This document shows positions 49,558 through 61,020 of a stretch of DNA of 64,000 bases, in pieces. Source of the stretch: an uncultured Acidimicrobiia bacterium (GTDB taxonomy: Bacteria > Actinomycetota > Acidimicrobiia > Acidimicrobiales > JACDCH01); the NCBI GenBank assembly GCA_963821725.1, contig CAWGFA010000014.1:48797-112796 (forward strand), read 5' to 3'. The position numbers were made by a program, and so were the translations under genes. Below the pieces are notes generated by a model. The model saw nothing but the letters and a program-made list of their open reading frames with translations. It was not told the origin of the DNA and searched no databases. Position 1 is the first letter of the stretch, and every line of letters begins with the position of its first letter.

Positions 49558-51341
49558 CAGTGCAGTTGCTCCTCGAGGCGACCAATGAGGCGAGGGACGA
49601 CATCGCGCCACTCGCCGACGATCCCGATGTCGGCATGGTCCCAGATCGGCGCATCGCGATCGGGGTTGATGGCGAGCACGGTTCCGGCGGCGCGCACACC
49701 CACGGCGTGGTTGAACTTCCCCGACAGGCCGATGGCGACGTACAAGCGGGGCGCGATGCTGCGGCCGGTGATCCCGACCTGGCGTGCGCGCGGCTGCCAT
49801 CCCTTGTCGGTGACCTTGCGGGTCGCGGCCAGCTCGGCACCGAGCACGTCGAGCAGCGGCTGCAAGTCTGCATAGTCGTCGGGCGGAACCCCCGCCCCGA
49901 CGCAGACCACCCGCGGCGCGGTCGCGAGGACCTCGACATCGTCGTCCCGGCTCGACGACGTGATCCGCACGCGACGCCGGGGCACAGTGGTGACGATCGA
50001 CGACCCGATCGGCGGGATGGACGATCGCGGCGCGGGACGTGGGAGCACACCCGCCCGCACCGTCGCCATCTGGATCGGCGAGCTGGCGTAGATCGCGGCC
50101 ACCAGCCGTCCGCCGAACGCGGGCTTCCATGCGAGCAGCTGGACCTCGCCGGTGCTGACGACCTCGCTCACTTCGAGGCCGACCGCGTCGCCCGTCAGTC
50201 CTGCCCCGAGCCTGGCGGCCGCGCGTCCTCCGACCTCACGACCCCACGCCGTGCTGGGCAGCAGGACAGCCCATGGTTCCGCCGCGGCTGCCCAGGACGC
50301 GAGTGCGGACGCAAAATCCTCTTCCACCTCCGCGCCGTCCACGACGACCAGTGCATCCGCGCCGGCACCGGCGAGCAGACCGGCCTGCGCTTCGGGCGGC
50401 TCTGCGAACGCGACGACGTGGCCGGCGATGTCGCGCGCCAGCACCGCGGCTGCCCCGAGCAACTCGCGCGTGAGGTTCTCACGGTCGGGCTCGACGGCGA
50501 CCGCGATCGGAACGCCACGCACCCCGCGTGCGGCCGGCACCTCGAGCGCGAGTCCTTCGCGACGCATGTCGAGCGCGCCGCGCTCGGCGAGCAGGCGGAC
50601 TGCTTCGCCCACTTGTTCGTCGACCGTGCCCTCGAGCATCACGTGGGCGCGCTCGATGTCGAGGACCCGCACCTCGCCGACGTACGTGCCGCTGCCGTCC
50701 TGACCCCAGGGACCAAAGCCGAGGTCGTCGGCGGTCAACGTGGTGATGCAGCCGGCGTCGACGGCGGCTCGTCCTTCCGGGTCGACCTTGGCCGGCTCGG
50801 TGAGACGTTCGGCGGTGGAGACGACGGCCGGCAGCTCCACGACCCGCTCGCTCTGACCGTCGTCCTCCTCACACAGCACCTTGAGCTGGCCTTCGCCGAG
50901 GTCGAGACGCTTCGCGCCCGTCACGAACGGAAGGTCGAGCAGCTCCGCCACCTCCGGCCCGACTTGGCCGGTGTCGGCGTCGACAGAGTTGCGACCGGCG
51001 AGCACGAGGTCGAACGGACCTTCACGCTCGAGCACGGCGGCCAGCGCTCGCGCCGTCGCGAGCGTGTCGGACCCGGCGAAGGCAGCGTCGGTGACGAGCA
51101 CGCCGCGGTCGGCGCCCCATGCGATCGCCTCGCGCAGCACGTCCTCCGCCGCGGGCGGCCCCAGTGTGATGACGGTGCAGGTACCGCCGGTCGCAGTAGC
51201 GAGCTCGACGCCTTTGCTCACCGCGCGACGACAGTACGGGTTGAGCTCGAGCTCGAGTCCTTCACGGACGAGGCGCCCGTCGGTGCCGAGCTGCATCTCC
51301 TCGAACTTCGGAACCTGCTTGACCAGCGCGGCGATCTTCAA
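49557..51341 (-). CDS. fused electron transfer flavoprotein beta-alpha (EtfB-EtfA)
   Basis: Intact 594-aa ORF. N-terminal half MKIAALVKQVPKFEEM...NPYCRRAVSKGVEL (EtfB-like). C-terminal half ...LAATRKVTDKGWQPRARQVGITGRSIAPRLYVAIGLSGKFNHAVG (EtfA FAD site). TTG start overlaps the upstream stop. Confidence 0.8.
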   Translation of the reverse strand: MKIAALVKQVPKFEEMQLGTDGRLVREGLELELNPYCRRAVSKGVELATATGGTCTVITLGPPAAEDVLREAIAWGADRGVLVTDAAFAGSDTLATARALAAVLEREGPFDLVLAGRNSVDADTGQVGPEVAELLDLPFVTGAKRLDLGEGQLKVLCEEDDGQSERVVELPAVVSTAERLTEPAKVDPEGRAAVDAGCITTLTADDLGFGPWGQDGSGTYVGEVRVLDIERAHVMLEGTVDEQVGEAVRLLAERGALDMRREGLALEVPAARGVRGVPIAVAVEPDRENLTRELLGAAAVLARDIAGHVVAFAEPPEAQAGLLAGAGADALVVVDGAEVEEDFASALASWAAAAEPWAVLLPSTAWGREVGGRAAARLGAGLTGDAVGLEVSEVVSTGEVQLLAWKPAFGGRLVAAIYASSPIQMATVRAGVLPRPAPRSSIPPIGSSIVTTVPRRRVRITSSSRDDDVEVLATAPRVVCVGAGVPPDDYADLQPLLDVLGAELAATRKVTDKGWQPRARQVGITGRSIAPRLYVAIGLSGKFNHAVGVRAAGTVLAINPDRDAPIWDHADIGIVGEWRDVVPRLIGRLEEQLH

Positions 51342-52511
51342 CGAGGCAACCCCAGGACGCGTTCGGCGATGATGTTGCGCTGGATCTCACTGGTACCGCC
51401 TGGAATCGTCGCGGCGAACGACCGCAAGTACTGGGTCACGAAGGTTCCGGTTCGCCAGATCGGCGGACCGCTCGTGTCCAGGTCGATGCCGTCGGGACCG
51501 AGTTCCTCCGCGCCAACGAGCAGGGCGTGTTGCAGTGACTCGCTGCCGAACAGCTTCAGGATCGAGTGCTCCGGCGACGCGTCACCTTTGGCGAACTTGG
51601 CGAAACCGAGATAGCCGAGTGACTGCAATGCGAGCTGGTCGATCCACGCGGACGCGATCACGTCACGCTGGCGGGCGTCGAGCTCGCGCTCCTTCCCGAG
51701 CGCCACGAGGTGGTCCACCACCTCACCGAGGTCGTACGCGTAGTTGATCCAGAGCATCGCCCGCTCGTGCGCGAGGGACCCCATGGACAGTCGCCAGCCA
51801 TCGTTGAGCTGGCCGACGAGATTCTCCTTGGGCACGACGACGTCGGTGAAGAAGACCTCGTTGAAGTCCGCATATGTCGGTTCGGTCAGTTCGGAGATCG
51901 GGCGGTACTCGACTCCTGGCGACCGCATGTCGATGACGAGGACGCTGATGCCCTTGTGCTTCGGAACATCGGGATCGGTGCGCACGAAGCAGAAGCACCA
52001 GTCGGAGTGCTGCGCGCCGGAGGTCCACACCTTCTGACCGTTGACGACGAAGTTGTCGCCGTCGTCGACCGCTCTCGTCGTGAGCGAGGCGAGATCGCTG
52101 CCGGCGTTGGGCTCGCTCATCCCGAGACACCAGCTGATCTCGGCTCGCAGCGTGGGCAGTGCCCAACGCTCGCGCTGTTCTGGCGTGCCATGGTCGATGA
52201 GCGACGGCGTCACGATCGACAGGCCCTGCGGGTTCGTCGTGCGCCGGATCTCTCGGCGGGTGAACTCCTCGAAGTAGATCATCTGCTGCGCCGCGTTGGC
52301 GTTGCGTCCGCCGAGCTCGGGCGGCCATCCGGGTACGAGGTACCCGTTGTCGAACAAGGTGCGCTGCCACGCGACCGCCCACGGACGCCGGTCGGCGCTC
52401 GATCGCGGAGGTTCGGCGCGCTCCTCGGCGATCGGCGGTGGATGCCCATCGAGCCACGCGACGAGCTCCGCCGCGGAAGGCCTCGTCCTCGTCAGAGAAG
52501 GACAGTCGCAT
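51338..52511 (-). pseudogene. acyl-CoA dehydrogenase, one frame change near the 5' end
   Basis: MRLSFSDEDEAFR (51723..52511 frame), then AELVAWLDGHPPP...FDNGYLVPGWPPELGG...CLGMSEPNAGSDLASL...GGTSEIQRNIIAERVLGLPR (51338..52357 frame). The switch is at the CGCGGCGG run ~52468-52476. Confidence 0.75.
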
Positions 52512-52566
52512 CGCCGTGCACCTTACTGACGCCCCCGGTCCGCTCGACTACCCCGGAACTTCGGGT

Positions 52567-52594
52567 CGATTGTGGGGCTCTGGCCCCACAATCG
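52567..52594 (-). terminator. 12-bp-stem hairpin after the P450 gene
   Basis: CGATTGTGGGGC(52567-52578) / TCTG / GCCCCACAATCG(52583-52594). It lies 25 nt downstream of the P450 stop on the minus strand. No U-tract. Confidence 0.5.
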
Positions 52595-52618
52595 CACCAA
52601 CATTCGCCAACGCTGGGG

Positions 52619-53868
52619 TCAGCGGGGAGTGAACTCGGCGGTCAGGTGCTTGATGCCGTGGATGAAGGGCGACTGCAGCATCTCGGGCTCGCCGGTTGCC
52701 TCGATGTCGGGGAGGCGATTGAACAGCTCTGTCAACATCACCCGCATCTCGCGGCGGGCGAGGTTGGCGCCGAGGCAGAAGTGCGGACCACCCGCGCCGA
52801 AGCCGACGTGTTCGTTCGGCGTGCGAGTCACGTCGAACTTGTAGGGCTCGTCCCAGTAGTCCTCGTCGCGGTTGGCGGAGTTGTACCAGAGGACGACCTT
52901 GTCGCCTTCTTTGATCGTGGTGCCGCGGATCTCGATGTCTTCGGTCGCGGTTCGGCGGAAGTGGATGACCGGCGTCGCCCAGCGCACGATCTCCTCGACC
53001 GCGGTGTCGATCGTGCCCGGGAGGTCGTCGAGCAGCACCGCACGCTGGTCCGGATGGCGGGTGAGCTCGAGCAGAGCGTGGCTGATGGCGTTGCGCGTGG
53101 TCTCGTTGCCGGCGACGACGAGCAGCACGAAGAACGAGCCGAACTCCGCCGCCGTGAGCCGCTCGCCGTCGACCTCGGCGGTCATCAGCGCGGTCGTGAT
53201 GTCGTCGCGGGGGTTCGCGAGCCGGTCTTCACCGAGCTTCTGCGCGTACTCCCACAGCTCCCAACCGGCCTGGAACGACGCCTCGATCGTGCCGCCGTAC
53301 TCGGGGTCGGTCCGCCGCCGAGGATGACGTTCGAGCGCTCGAAGACGAACTTCTCGTCCGATTCCGGGATGCCGACCATCTCGCAGATGATGGCGAGCGG
53401 CAATCGCGCGGCCACCTCCTCGACGAAGTCGATCTTCCCCTTCGACTCGACGTCGTCGACGATGCGAGCGGCCAGCGTCGTGACGTACTCCTCGAGTTGA
53501 TTCACCATCCGCGGCGTGAAGCCGCGGTTGACGATCAACCTGAGCTTCGTGTGGCGCGGGGCGTCCATGTTGATCATCGAGCCGAACAGCTCGTTGACCT
53601 CCTGCGGAAAGTCCGGAACGTTGGAGCCCTTGCCCGAGACGAACAGCTCCGGGCTCCGACTGGCGAACACCACGTCGTCGTACTTCACGAGCGACCAGTA
53701 GCCGGGACCGGACGGGAACGACTCGAAGTCGGGCTCCGTGTGGAACGACACCGGCTTCTCGCGCCGCAGCTTGGCGAACATCGCCTCGCGCTCGAGATCG
53801 TTCTCCGGCCAAATCTCGAAGTTGCCGAAGTCGATCGCATCCGCCGGCACGTCGAAGGCAGGAAGCAC
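52619..53868 (-). pseudogene. cytochrome P450, one frame change
   Basis: 53185..53868 (MLPAFDVPADAIDFGNFEIW...MDAPRHTKLR) joins 52619..53986 (AGNETTRN, EEIVRW, haem loop FGAGGPHFCLG) at ~53310. Confidence 0.8.
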
Positions 53869-54030
53869 CGACGGTCATGCGAGGAAAGCTACTGGTACCG
53901 CCCGCTACCGTCCCGATCCGTGTCTCGTCGTCGCGAGCGTGGATCGCCGCCGCAGGTCGGACGCTTTGGCCGCGGCAGCCGCGCATACCTCGCGGTCAAG
54001 CGGGCGCGCGAGGACCAGCGGACCTCGGCC

Positions 54031-55410
54031 GTGCGATCGCGAGGACGCGCGGTGCGCAACGTCGAGGTGGCAACGCTCGGCGCGAGGGCCGGCGGCACGT
54101 ACGCGCTGCACCGGGCGCGACGGGTGTTCGCGTCGGCGGAGCGCCAGGGACGAGCTCGACGCCGAGCACCAGTTGCGGACCGCGGAACAGGTCGCCGACG
54201 CGCTCGGCCACATGAAGGGCGCGTTGATGAAGCTCGGACAGATGGCGAGCTACCTCGATCAAGGGCTGCCCGAACCCGTTCGGGAGCAACTGGCGCGGCT
54301 GCAGGCGGATGCGCCGTCGATGACACCGGAGCTGGCCGCGCAGGTCGTGAGGGAGGAGCTCGGAGCACCGCCGGAACGGATCTTTGCCACGTGGGACCCG
54401 GTGCCCATCGCCGCGGCGTCGATCGGACAAGTGCACCGGGCGATCACCAACGACGGCCTCGCGGTCGCGGTGAAGGTGCAGTACCCGGGCGTCGACGAGG
54501 CAATCGACGCCGACCTCGACAACGCCGGCCTGCTCGTGCAGATCATCGCGATGGTGTTCCCCGGCGTCGAGCCCGAGCCCATCGTCGACGAGCTCCGCGT
54601 CCGCGTCCGCGAAGAGCTCGACTACGTGCAGGAAGCAGACAACCAGCAGCTGTTCGCGCGCTACTACGACGGACATCCGTTCATCCACGTTCCGTCCGTC
54701 GTCGAGCATCTCTCGTCCAAGCGGGTGCTCACGACCGAGCTCGCGACAGGGTGCCCGCTTCGATGAGCTGCTGACGTGGTCACAGGACGAGAAGAACCTC
54801 GCCGCCGAATCGATCTACCGGTTCGTCTTCGGCAGCCTGTACCGACTCGGCGCATTCAACGGCGATCCGCACCCCGGCAACTACCTGTTCCGCACCGGAG
54901 GGCGCGTCACGTTCCTCGACTTCGGACTCGTCAAACGGTTCACGCCGAGCGAGATCGAGATGCTCGCGCGAATGTCCGAGACCTTCGTCGTGCAACGCGA
55001 CATGAAGGCGTTCCGGGCGGTCGTGGCCGAAGCGGGGTTCCTCAAGGACAGCGCGCGACTTCAGCGACGAACAACTGCGCGACTACTTCAAGCATTTCTG
55101 GGAGTTCGTGCTCGAAGACGAGCCGATGACGACGACGCCCGAATGGTCGTCGGAGAGCGTGCGCCGCTTCTTCGATCCGACAGGCGAGCACGGCGAGATC
55201 ATGCGTGCTGCGAACGTGCCGGCCTCGTTCGTCATCCTCCAACGCATCAACCTCGGGCTCGGCGCTGTGCTCGGCGAGCTGCGCGCGACGTGCAACTGGC
55301 GCCGCATCGCCGAAGAGCAGTGGCCGTTCGTCGACCGCGCACCATCGACGCCGCTCGGCGCGCTGGAAGCGTCGTGGCGGGCGAGTCAACCTGACACGGG
55401 CGTCAGGTAA
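54031..55410 (+). pseudogene. ABC1/AarF/UbiB-family atypical kinase
   Basis: GALMKLGQMASYLDQGLP...AAASIGQVHRA...LAVAVKVQYPGV (53738..54766 frame), NGDPHPGNYLF...FLDFG (third frame), and C-terminus 55108..55410. At least 3 frame changes. The 5' end is approximate. Confidence 0.6.
55389..55408. promoter_or_regulatory. inverted repeat ACCTGAC-N6-GTCAGGT just upstream of the acyl-CoA synthetase start
   Basis: Arms at 55389-55395 / 55402-55408, 12 nt before GTG 55421. It shares the CCTGAC/GTCAGG half-sites with the perfect palindrome at 62228..62245. Confidence 0.25.
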
Positions 55411-55420
55411 CGTCCCGGAC

Positions 55421-57479
55421 GTGTCCACGTCATCCGGGTTGCGTGACCTGGACCTCGACACGTTCTTCCGTCCCCGGTCCGTCGCCGTGCTCGGCGCTGT
55501 CCGATGCGCCGGGCAAGCCGACGTCGGCCATGACCCGCAAGATCAAGCAGTGGGCGGACCACTTCGGCGCTTCGATCCACGCGGTGAACCCGAACCGTGA
55601 CGAGGTGTACGGCCTTCCCTGTCACGCGTCCATCGACGATGTCGACGACGACATCGACCTCGCGGTCATCCTCACCGGCAATGCGATCGAAGGCTTCGAG
55701 TCGATCCTCGACAAGAAGCCGCGGTTCGCGGTGATCTTCGCGGCCGGCTTCGCGGAAGCAGGAACAGATGGCGAGGTGCAGCAGGCGCGGCTGAGCGAGA
55801 TCGTCCATGACTCGGACACCCGCCTGCTCGGACCGAACACCAACCTCAACGCGTTCGAGACATACCGAGACGACCTGCCGGGCAAGCGGATCGCGTTGAT
55901 CACACAGTCCGGCCACCAGGGCCGCCCGATCTTCCAAGCCCAGGACTTGGGCATCGCGATGAGCCACTGGGCGCCGACCGGCAACGAGGTCGATCTCGAG
56001 TTCGCAGACTTCGCGCGCTACTTCGCCGACCAGCCCGACGTCGGTGTCATCGCCGCATACGTCGAAGGCTTCAAAGACGGCCGAACCTTCATGCTCGCAG
56101 CTGATCACGCGGCCCAGCGCGCCGTGCCCATGGTGATCGTGAAGGTCGGGCGCACACCTGCCGGGCAGTCGATGGCGAAGAGTCACACGGGTCACCTGAC
56201 CGGTTCGGACGCAGTGACGTCGGCGGTGTTCAAGCAATTCGGCGTCACACGCGTCGACGGGCTCGACGAGCTCCAAGACACGTCGGCGATGTTGGCGCGC
56301 GCCGCGAAACCCCACGGTGACGGCGTCTGCATCTATGCCATCTCCGGCGGAACCGGCGCGCACATGGCCGACCTCGCGGCGAGAGCCGGGCTCCGGCTTC
56401 CCGAGCTGACGCCCGAGACGCAGCGGGCCTTGCACGAGTGGATCCCCCACTACTTGCGCGTCTCGAACCCGGTCGACAACGGCGGTGCGCCGTCGGCGGA
56501 CTGGCGGGGGCGCAAGATCCTCGACGCGATCGTGGCCGATCCGAACGTCGACGTCGTCATCTGTCCCATCACCGGCGCGCTCGCGTCGATGTCGAAGCCG
56601 TTGGCGCGCGACCTGGCCGAAGTCGCCGAGACGACCGACAAGCCGATCTGCGTGATCTGGGGCTCGCCGGTCACGGAGAACGAGCCCGCGTACGACATCC
56701 TGCTGGCGTCGCCGAAGGTGATCACGTTCCGGACATTCGCCAACTGTGTCGGTGCCGTGCGGGCGTATCTCGACTACCACGAGTTCGCGGCTCGCTACAG
56801 GAGCCCGTTCACGCGCGGGTCGAGACCTCGGCCTGTGGACCTACCTGCGAACACGACGATGAGCGAGCACGAGTCCAAGGAGCTACTCGCGTCCTACGGC
56901 ATTCCGGTCACCCGTGAGGAGGTCGTGACATCGGCCAGCGCCGCGGTGAGAGCCGCGAACGCCATCGGGCTACCGGTCGCGATGAAGGCGAGCTCGGCCG
57001 CGATCGCCCACAAGAGCGATCGCGGTCTCGTGCGGCTCGGGCTCGAGTCCGCCACAGCAGTGCGCCACGCGTATGCGGAGCTGGCGCCGCACACCGACGG
57101 CTCGGTGCTCGTCTCGGCCATGGTGGAGGGCGGCGTCGAGTGCGTCGTCGGCGTGAGCCAGGACGATCTGTTCGGTCCGGTCGTGATGTTCGGTCTCGGC
57201 GGCGTGTTCGTCGAGATCTTCGAGGACGTCGCGTTCCGGGTCCCGCCGTTCGACGCGTCCGAGGCACGCCGCATGATCGACGAAGTACGGGGAAGCGCGC
57301 TGTTGCGCGGGGCCCGCGGACGCGCGAAGGCCGACGTCAAGGCGGTGGTCGACACGATCATGAAGGTTCAACGGCTCGCGGTGGACAACGAAGACCGCCT
57401 CGCCGAGCTCGACATCAACCCACTCGCCGTCCTGCCCAAGGGCGTCGTCGCCCTCGACGCGCTGGTCGTCACTCGCTGA
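55421..57479 (+). pseudogene. ADP-forming acyl-CoA synthetase (CoA-binding + ATP-grasp), one frame change near the 5' end
   Basis: VSTSSGLRDLDLDTFFRPRSVAVLGA (55205..55600 frame) joins 55443..57479 (...LLGPNTNLN...AKSHTGHLTGSD...ESKELLASYGIPV...) at ~55495. Confidence 0.75.
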
Positions 57480-58636
57480 TGTCGATCAGGGACCGCACGG
57501 CGATCGCCGGCATCGGGCAGACGGAGTTCGCCAAGTCGCTCGACCGGTCGGAAAAGCGCCTCGCACTCGAAGCGATCACACTCGCCCTCCACGATGCCGG
57601 CATCGAACCTTCGGAGGTCGACGGCCTCGCGTCGTACACGCTCGAGACCACCGAGGAAGCCGACATCGCCCGCGAGCTCGGGCTCGGCGACGTCACGTTC
57701 TTCAGCCGGGTCGGTTACGGAGGCGGCGCCGGTTGTGGCGTCGTCGGGCACGCGGCGATGGCTGTCGCGACGGGACAGTGCAACGTCGCCGTCGCGTGGC
57801 GGAGTCGCAAGCGGGGCGCGGCGGCGAGCCGGCCGTGGTCGCAGGTGAGCGCCCGAGTTCGCGGTCAGCACCAGTGGACGCGTCCCTTCGGACTTCTGCG
57901 ACCGGCCGACGAGATCGCGATGCTGGCGAGGCGGTACTTCCACGAGTTCGGTGGCACGCGCGAGGAGTTGGCGTCCGTGGCGGTTGCAGCGCGTCATCAC
58001 GCCAACCGCAACCCGGGCGCCATGATGCATGCGAAGACGCTCACGGTCGAGCAGTACCTCGAGGCACGCTGGATCTCCGAGCCCCTGTGCCTGTACGACA
58101 ACTGCCTCGAGTCCGACGGTGCCGGTGCCGTCGTGATCACGTCTACCGAGCGCGCTCGGGACTGCGCGCCGACGCCGGTCTTGATCCATGCGTTCGCGCA
58201 GTCCATTCCGCGGCAGCACCAAGTGATGACGAACTACTTCGGCGAGGATCCGTTGCTCGGTCCGTCCTATGCGTGCGCGGCGCGGTTGTGGGCGAACGCG
58301 GACGTCACGCCTGACGATGTGCATGTCGCGCAGCTCTACGACGCCTTCAGCCCGCTCGTGCCGTTGTCGTTGGAGGGGTACGGCTTCTGCAAGCGAGGCG
58401 AGGGGCTGGCCTTCTGCGCCGCAGGCAACCTCGAGCTCGGCGGACGTCTGCCGACGAACACGAGCGGCGGCGGCATGTCCGAGGCGTACGTCCACGGTTT
58501 CAACCTGATCGTGGAAGGCGCGCGCCAGATCAGGGGCGAGTCGTGCTCGCAGGTCGACGGCGCCGCGGTCTCGCTCGTGACGAGCGGCGAAGGAGTGCCG
58601 ACGAGCGCGCTGTTGCTGACGAAGGACACCCGGTGA
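57479..58636 (+). CDS. thiolase-fold lipid-transfer (SCP-x/Ltp-like) protein
   Basis: ATG 57479 overlaps the upstream stop (TGATG). MSIRDRTAIAGIGQTEF...NTSGGGMSEAYVHGFN. Part of track ORF 57140..58636. Confidence 0.8.
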   Translation: MSIRDRTAIAGIGQTEFAKSLDRSEKRLALEAITLALHDAGIEPSEVDGLASYTLETTEEADIARELGLGDVTFFSRVGYGGGAGCGVVGHAAMAVATGQCNVAVAWRSRKRGAAASRPWSQVSARVRGQHQWTRPFGLLRPADEIAMLARRYFHEFGGTREELASVAVAARHHANRNPGAMMHAKTLTVEQYLEARWISEPLCLYDNCLESDGAGAVVITSTERARDCAPTPVLIHAFAQSIPRQHQVMTNYFGEDPLLGPSYACAARLWANADVTPDDVHVAQLYDAFSPLVPLSLEGYGFCKRGEGLAFCAAGNLELGGRLPTNTSGGGMSEAYVHGFNLIVEGARQIRGESCSQVDGAAVSLVTSGEGVPTSALLLTKDTR

Positions 58637-59073
58637 TCGGGGAACTGATCCTTCCCGACGTCGACGACGCAGAGGCGGCGTCGTTCTGGGCGGGATGCGC
58701 AGCCGGTGAGCTCCGAGTGCAAGCGTGCGGTTCGTGCGGTCGCAGGAGGATGCCGCCGCGCACGATGTGCCCGTGGTGTCAGTCGTTCGACGTGCGGTGG
58801 GACGTCATGTCCGGACGCGGCCACGTCTGGTCCGTCGTCATCCCTCACCCGCCACTGCTGCCCGCGTACGGCGACCAGGCGCCGTACAACGTGGTCGTCG
58901 TGACGCTCGACGACGACCCGAGCATCCGCTTCGTCGGCAACGTGGTGTCCGGTCCGGGCGCGGCCTTGAACTCCGTCGACCCGCACACCGTCGACATCGG
59001 CGACGGCGTCGAGGTCGTGTTCAGTCAGGTCGCTGAAGATGTCTGGCTGCCGCAGTGGCGCTCGCTGCCGTGA
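58633..59073 (+). CDS. DUF35 OB-fold/Zn-ribbon protein (thiolase partner)
   Basis: GTG 58633 overlaps the upstream stop (GTGA). CGSCGRRRMPPRTMCPWC Zn ribbon followed by an OB-fold-like segment. Confidence 0.75.
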   Translation: MIGELILPDVDDAEAASFWAGCAAGELRVQACGSCGRRRMPPRTMCPWCQSFDVRWDVMSGRGHVWSVVIPHPPLLPAYGDQAPYNVVVVTLDDDPSIRFVGNVVSGPGAALNSVDPHTVDIGDGVEVVFSQVAEDVWLPQWRSLP

Positions 59074-59611
59074 CGCCGTCGCGACGGAAGCTGACCTTCA
59101 TCGTCCTCGGTGCGGCCGTGGGCTGCCTCGCCGTCGTGACCATCGTGCTGCTGGCACGACGCGACAACGACTCGGGCTCGCGGGTGCCGGCGCGACACGC
59201 ACGCGTCTCGACGGCTTCGGCGAGACCCATGTGAGCGTCGAGGACCCGGCCGGCGCGTTGGCGTGGTGCATGCTCCTCGCCGAGACAGAGGCGCAGCACC
59301 ATCGCGGCCTCATGCAGGTGACGGATCCGACGCTCGGCGGCTACGACGGCATGCTCTTCCGGTTCGCGGCCGACACCAACGACCAGTTCTACATGCGCAA
59401 CACGCCCATGCCGCTTTCGATCGCGTTCATCGCGTCGAACGGTGACGTCGTGTCGACCACTGACATGGCACCCTGCGACGACCGCGCCGGCTGTCCTCTG
59501 TACAGCGCGGCACGGCCGTACCGGATCGCGATCGAAGTACCCCAGGGCCAGCTCGGACGCCTGGGCATCGAGCCAGGCGCAAAGGTCACCGACGACGCCC
59601 GCAGCTGCTGA
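59070..59611 (+). pseudogene. DUF192 domain protein with N-terminal membrane anchor, one frame change
   Basis: GTG 59070 (GTGA overlap) reads VTPSRRKLTFIVLGAAVGCLAVVTIVLLARR. It then switches (~59190) to the 59039..59611 frame with GLMQVTDPTLGGYDGMLFRF...FYMRNTPMPLSIAFI. Confidence 0.6.
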
Positions 59612-59630
59612 GCGTCGGTCGGGGCCTCAG

Positions 59631-60920
59631 TCAAGATCGCGTCACTGCCCCCGCGATCGTCATGATCGTGATCGGCGGCTCGGACGGATCACGCGGCGCG
59701 GCGCCCGTGACCGCCCGCTCGCTCACGTCGACATCGACGGCGTCGGCCCGCAGCGCACCGACCGTGCACTTCTCCTTGGGTCGCGCCGCGTACGGGTCGA
59801 ACCGGAAGAGCCGCATCGCGTTCTCGTGCGTGATCTTGTCGATCTCGGCATCGGGAATGCCGGCCAGCGCCGGCGCGAGGAGCTCGGGCGAATGCGGCCA
59901 CGTCGAGTCCGAATGCGGGTAGTCGCATTCCCAGGTGATGTGGTCGATGTTGAGGTGATGCCGGTTCTCGAGTCCGACGGCGTCGTCGATGAAGCAGGTG
60001 ATGATGCGTTCGTTGAACAGCTCGCTCGGCAACCTCCCGCCGAGGTCGGCACCGGTCCATGCCGTGTGGTGCTTGTAGACGTAGTCGACGCGCTCGAGGA
60101 AGTACGGGATCCATCCGATGCCGCCCTCGCTCATCGCGATTCGGAGGTCGGGGAACTTCTGCAGCACCCGTGACCACACGAGGTCGGAGGCGGCTTGGAC
60201 GATGTTCATCGGCTGCAACGTGATCATCACGTTGATCGGCGCCTCCGGCGACGTGATCACCAACTGCGAAGACGAGCCGATGTGGAGGCACACGACCGTT
60301 CCCTCGTCACTGCATGCCTTCCAGAACGGATCCCAGTGCTCGGAGTGGAAGCTGGGATAGCCGAGCTTCTCGGGGTTCTCCGAGAACGTGACCGCGTAAC
60401 AGCCCTTCTTCGCGACCCGACGGATCTCGGCCGCCATCTCGTCCGGGTCCCACAGCGCGGGCAGCGACAGCGGGATGAAACGACCGGGATACGCGCCACA
60501 CCACGAGTCGATGTGCCAGTCGTTGTAGCCCTGGAGCAGCGCCTTGGCGAGGTCCTTGTCGTCGACCCGGGCCCACAGCTGGCCGCAGAAGCCGGGCATC
60601 GACGGGAAGCACAGCGAGCCGAGCACGCCGTTGGCGTTCATGTCCCTGATGCGTTCGTGGATGTCGTAGCAACCGGGCCGCATGTCGCCGAACGCGGTGG
60701 GGTCGATGCCGTATTCCGCAGGCGGCCGGCCGGCCACCGCGTTGAGGCCGATGTTCGGAAGCTCCGCGCCACGGAACGACCACACGTCCGTGCCGTTGTC
60801 CTTGGTGACGAGCTTCGGCGCTTCGTCGACGTATTTCGACGGCAGATGGTCGTCCCACATTCCCGGCGGCTCGACCACGTGGTCGTCGACGGAAACGAGG
60901 ATCAAGTCGTCGAGTTGCAT
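59631..60920 (-). CDS. amidohydrolase-2 family protein
   Basis: Intact 429 aa: LILVSVDDHVVEPP...FSENPEKLGYPS...ITWECDYPHSDSTWP. Confidence 0.8.
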   Translation of the reverse strand: MQLDDLILVSVDDHVVEPPGMWDDHLPSKYVDEAPKLVTKDNGTDVWSFRGAELPNIGLNAVAGRPPAEYGIDPTAFGDMRPGCYDIHERIRDMNANGVLGSLCFPSMPGFCGQLWARVDDKDLAKALLQGYNDWHIDSWCGAYPGRFIPLSLPALWDPDEMAAEIRRVAKKGCYAVTFSENPEKLGYPSFHSEHWDPFWKACSDEGTVVCLHIGSSSQLVITSPEAPINVMITLQPMNIVQAASDLVWSRVLQKFPDLRIAMSEGGIGWIPYFLERVDYVYKHHTAWTGADLGGRLPSELFNERIITCFIDDAVGLENRHHLNIDHITWECDYPHSDSTWPHSPELLAPALAGIPDAEIDKITHENAMRLFRFDPYAARPKEKCTVGALRADAVDVDVSERAVTGAAPRDPSEPPITIMTIAGAVTRS

Positions 60921-61020
60921 GCCGCTCTCATTCTCTCGCTCGGCTCCGAGCGCTCGCTGCGCTCGCTGTCTCCGCCGAGTGCGGCTCGTCGCTGGCGCTT
61001 CCCTCGCCGCCTTGTCGCGC

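Noticed and set aside
49560-51614. 684-aa plus-strand ORF. Similar ones occur at 51710..53500 and 14858..16666.
   Set aside because: They are antisense to the ETF fusion, the ACAD/P450 genes and the Zn-ribbon/GPP gene. Composition is Arg/His/Asp-rich nonsense, with no motifs.
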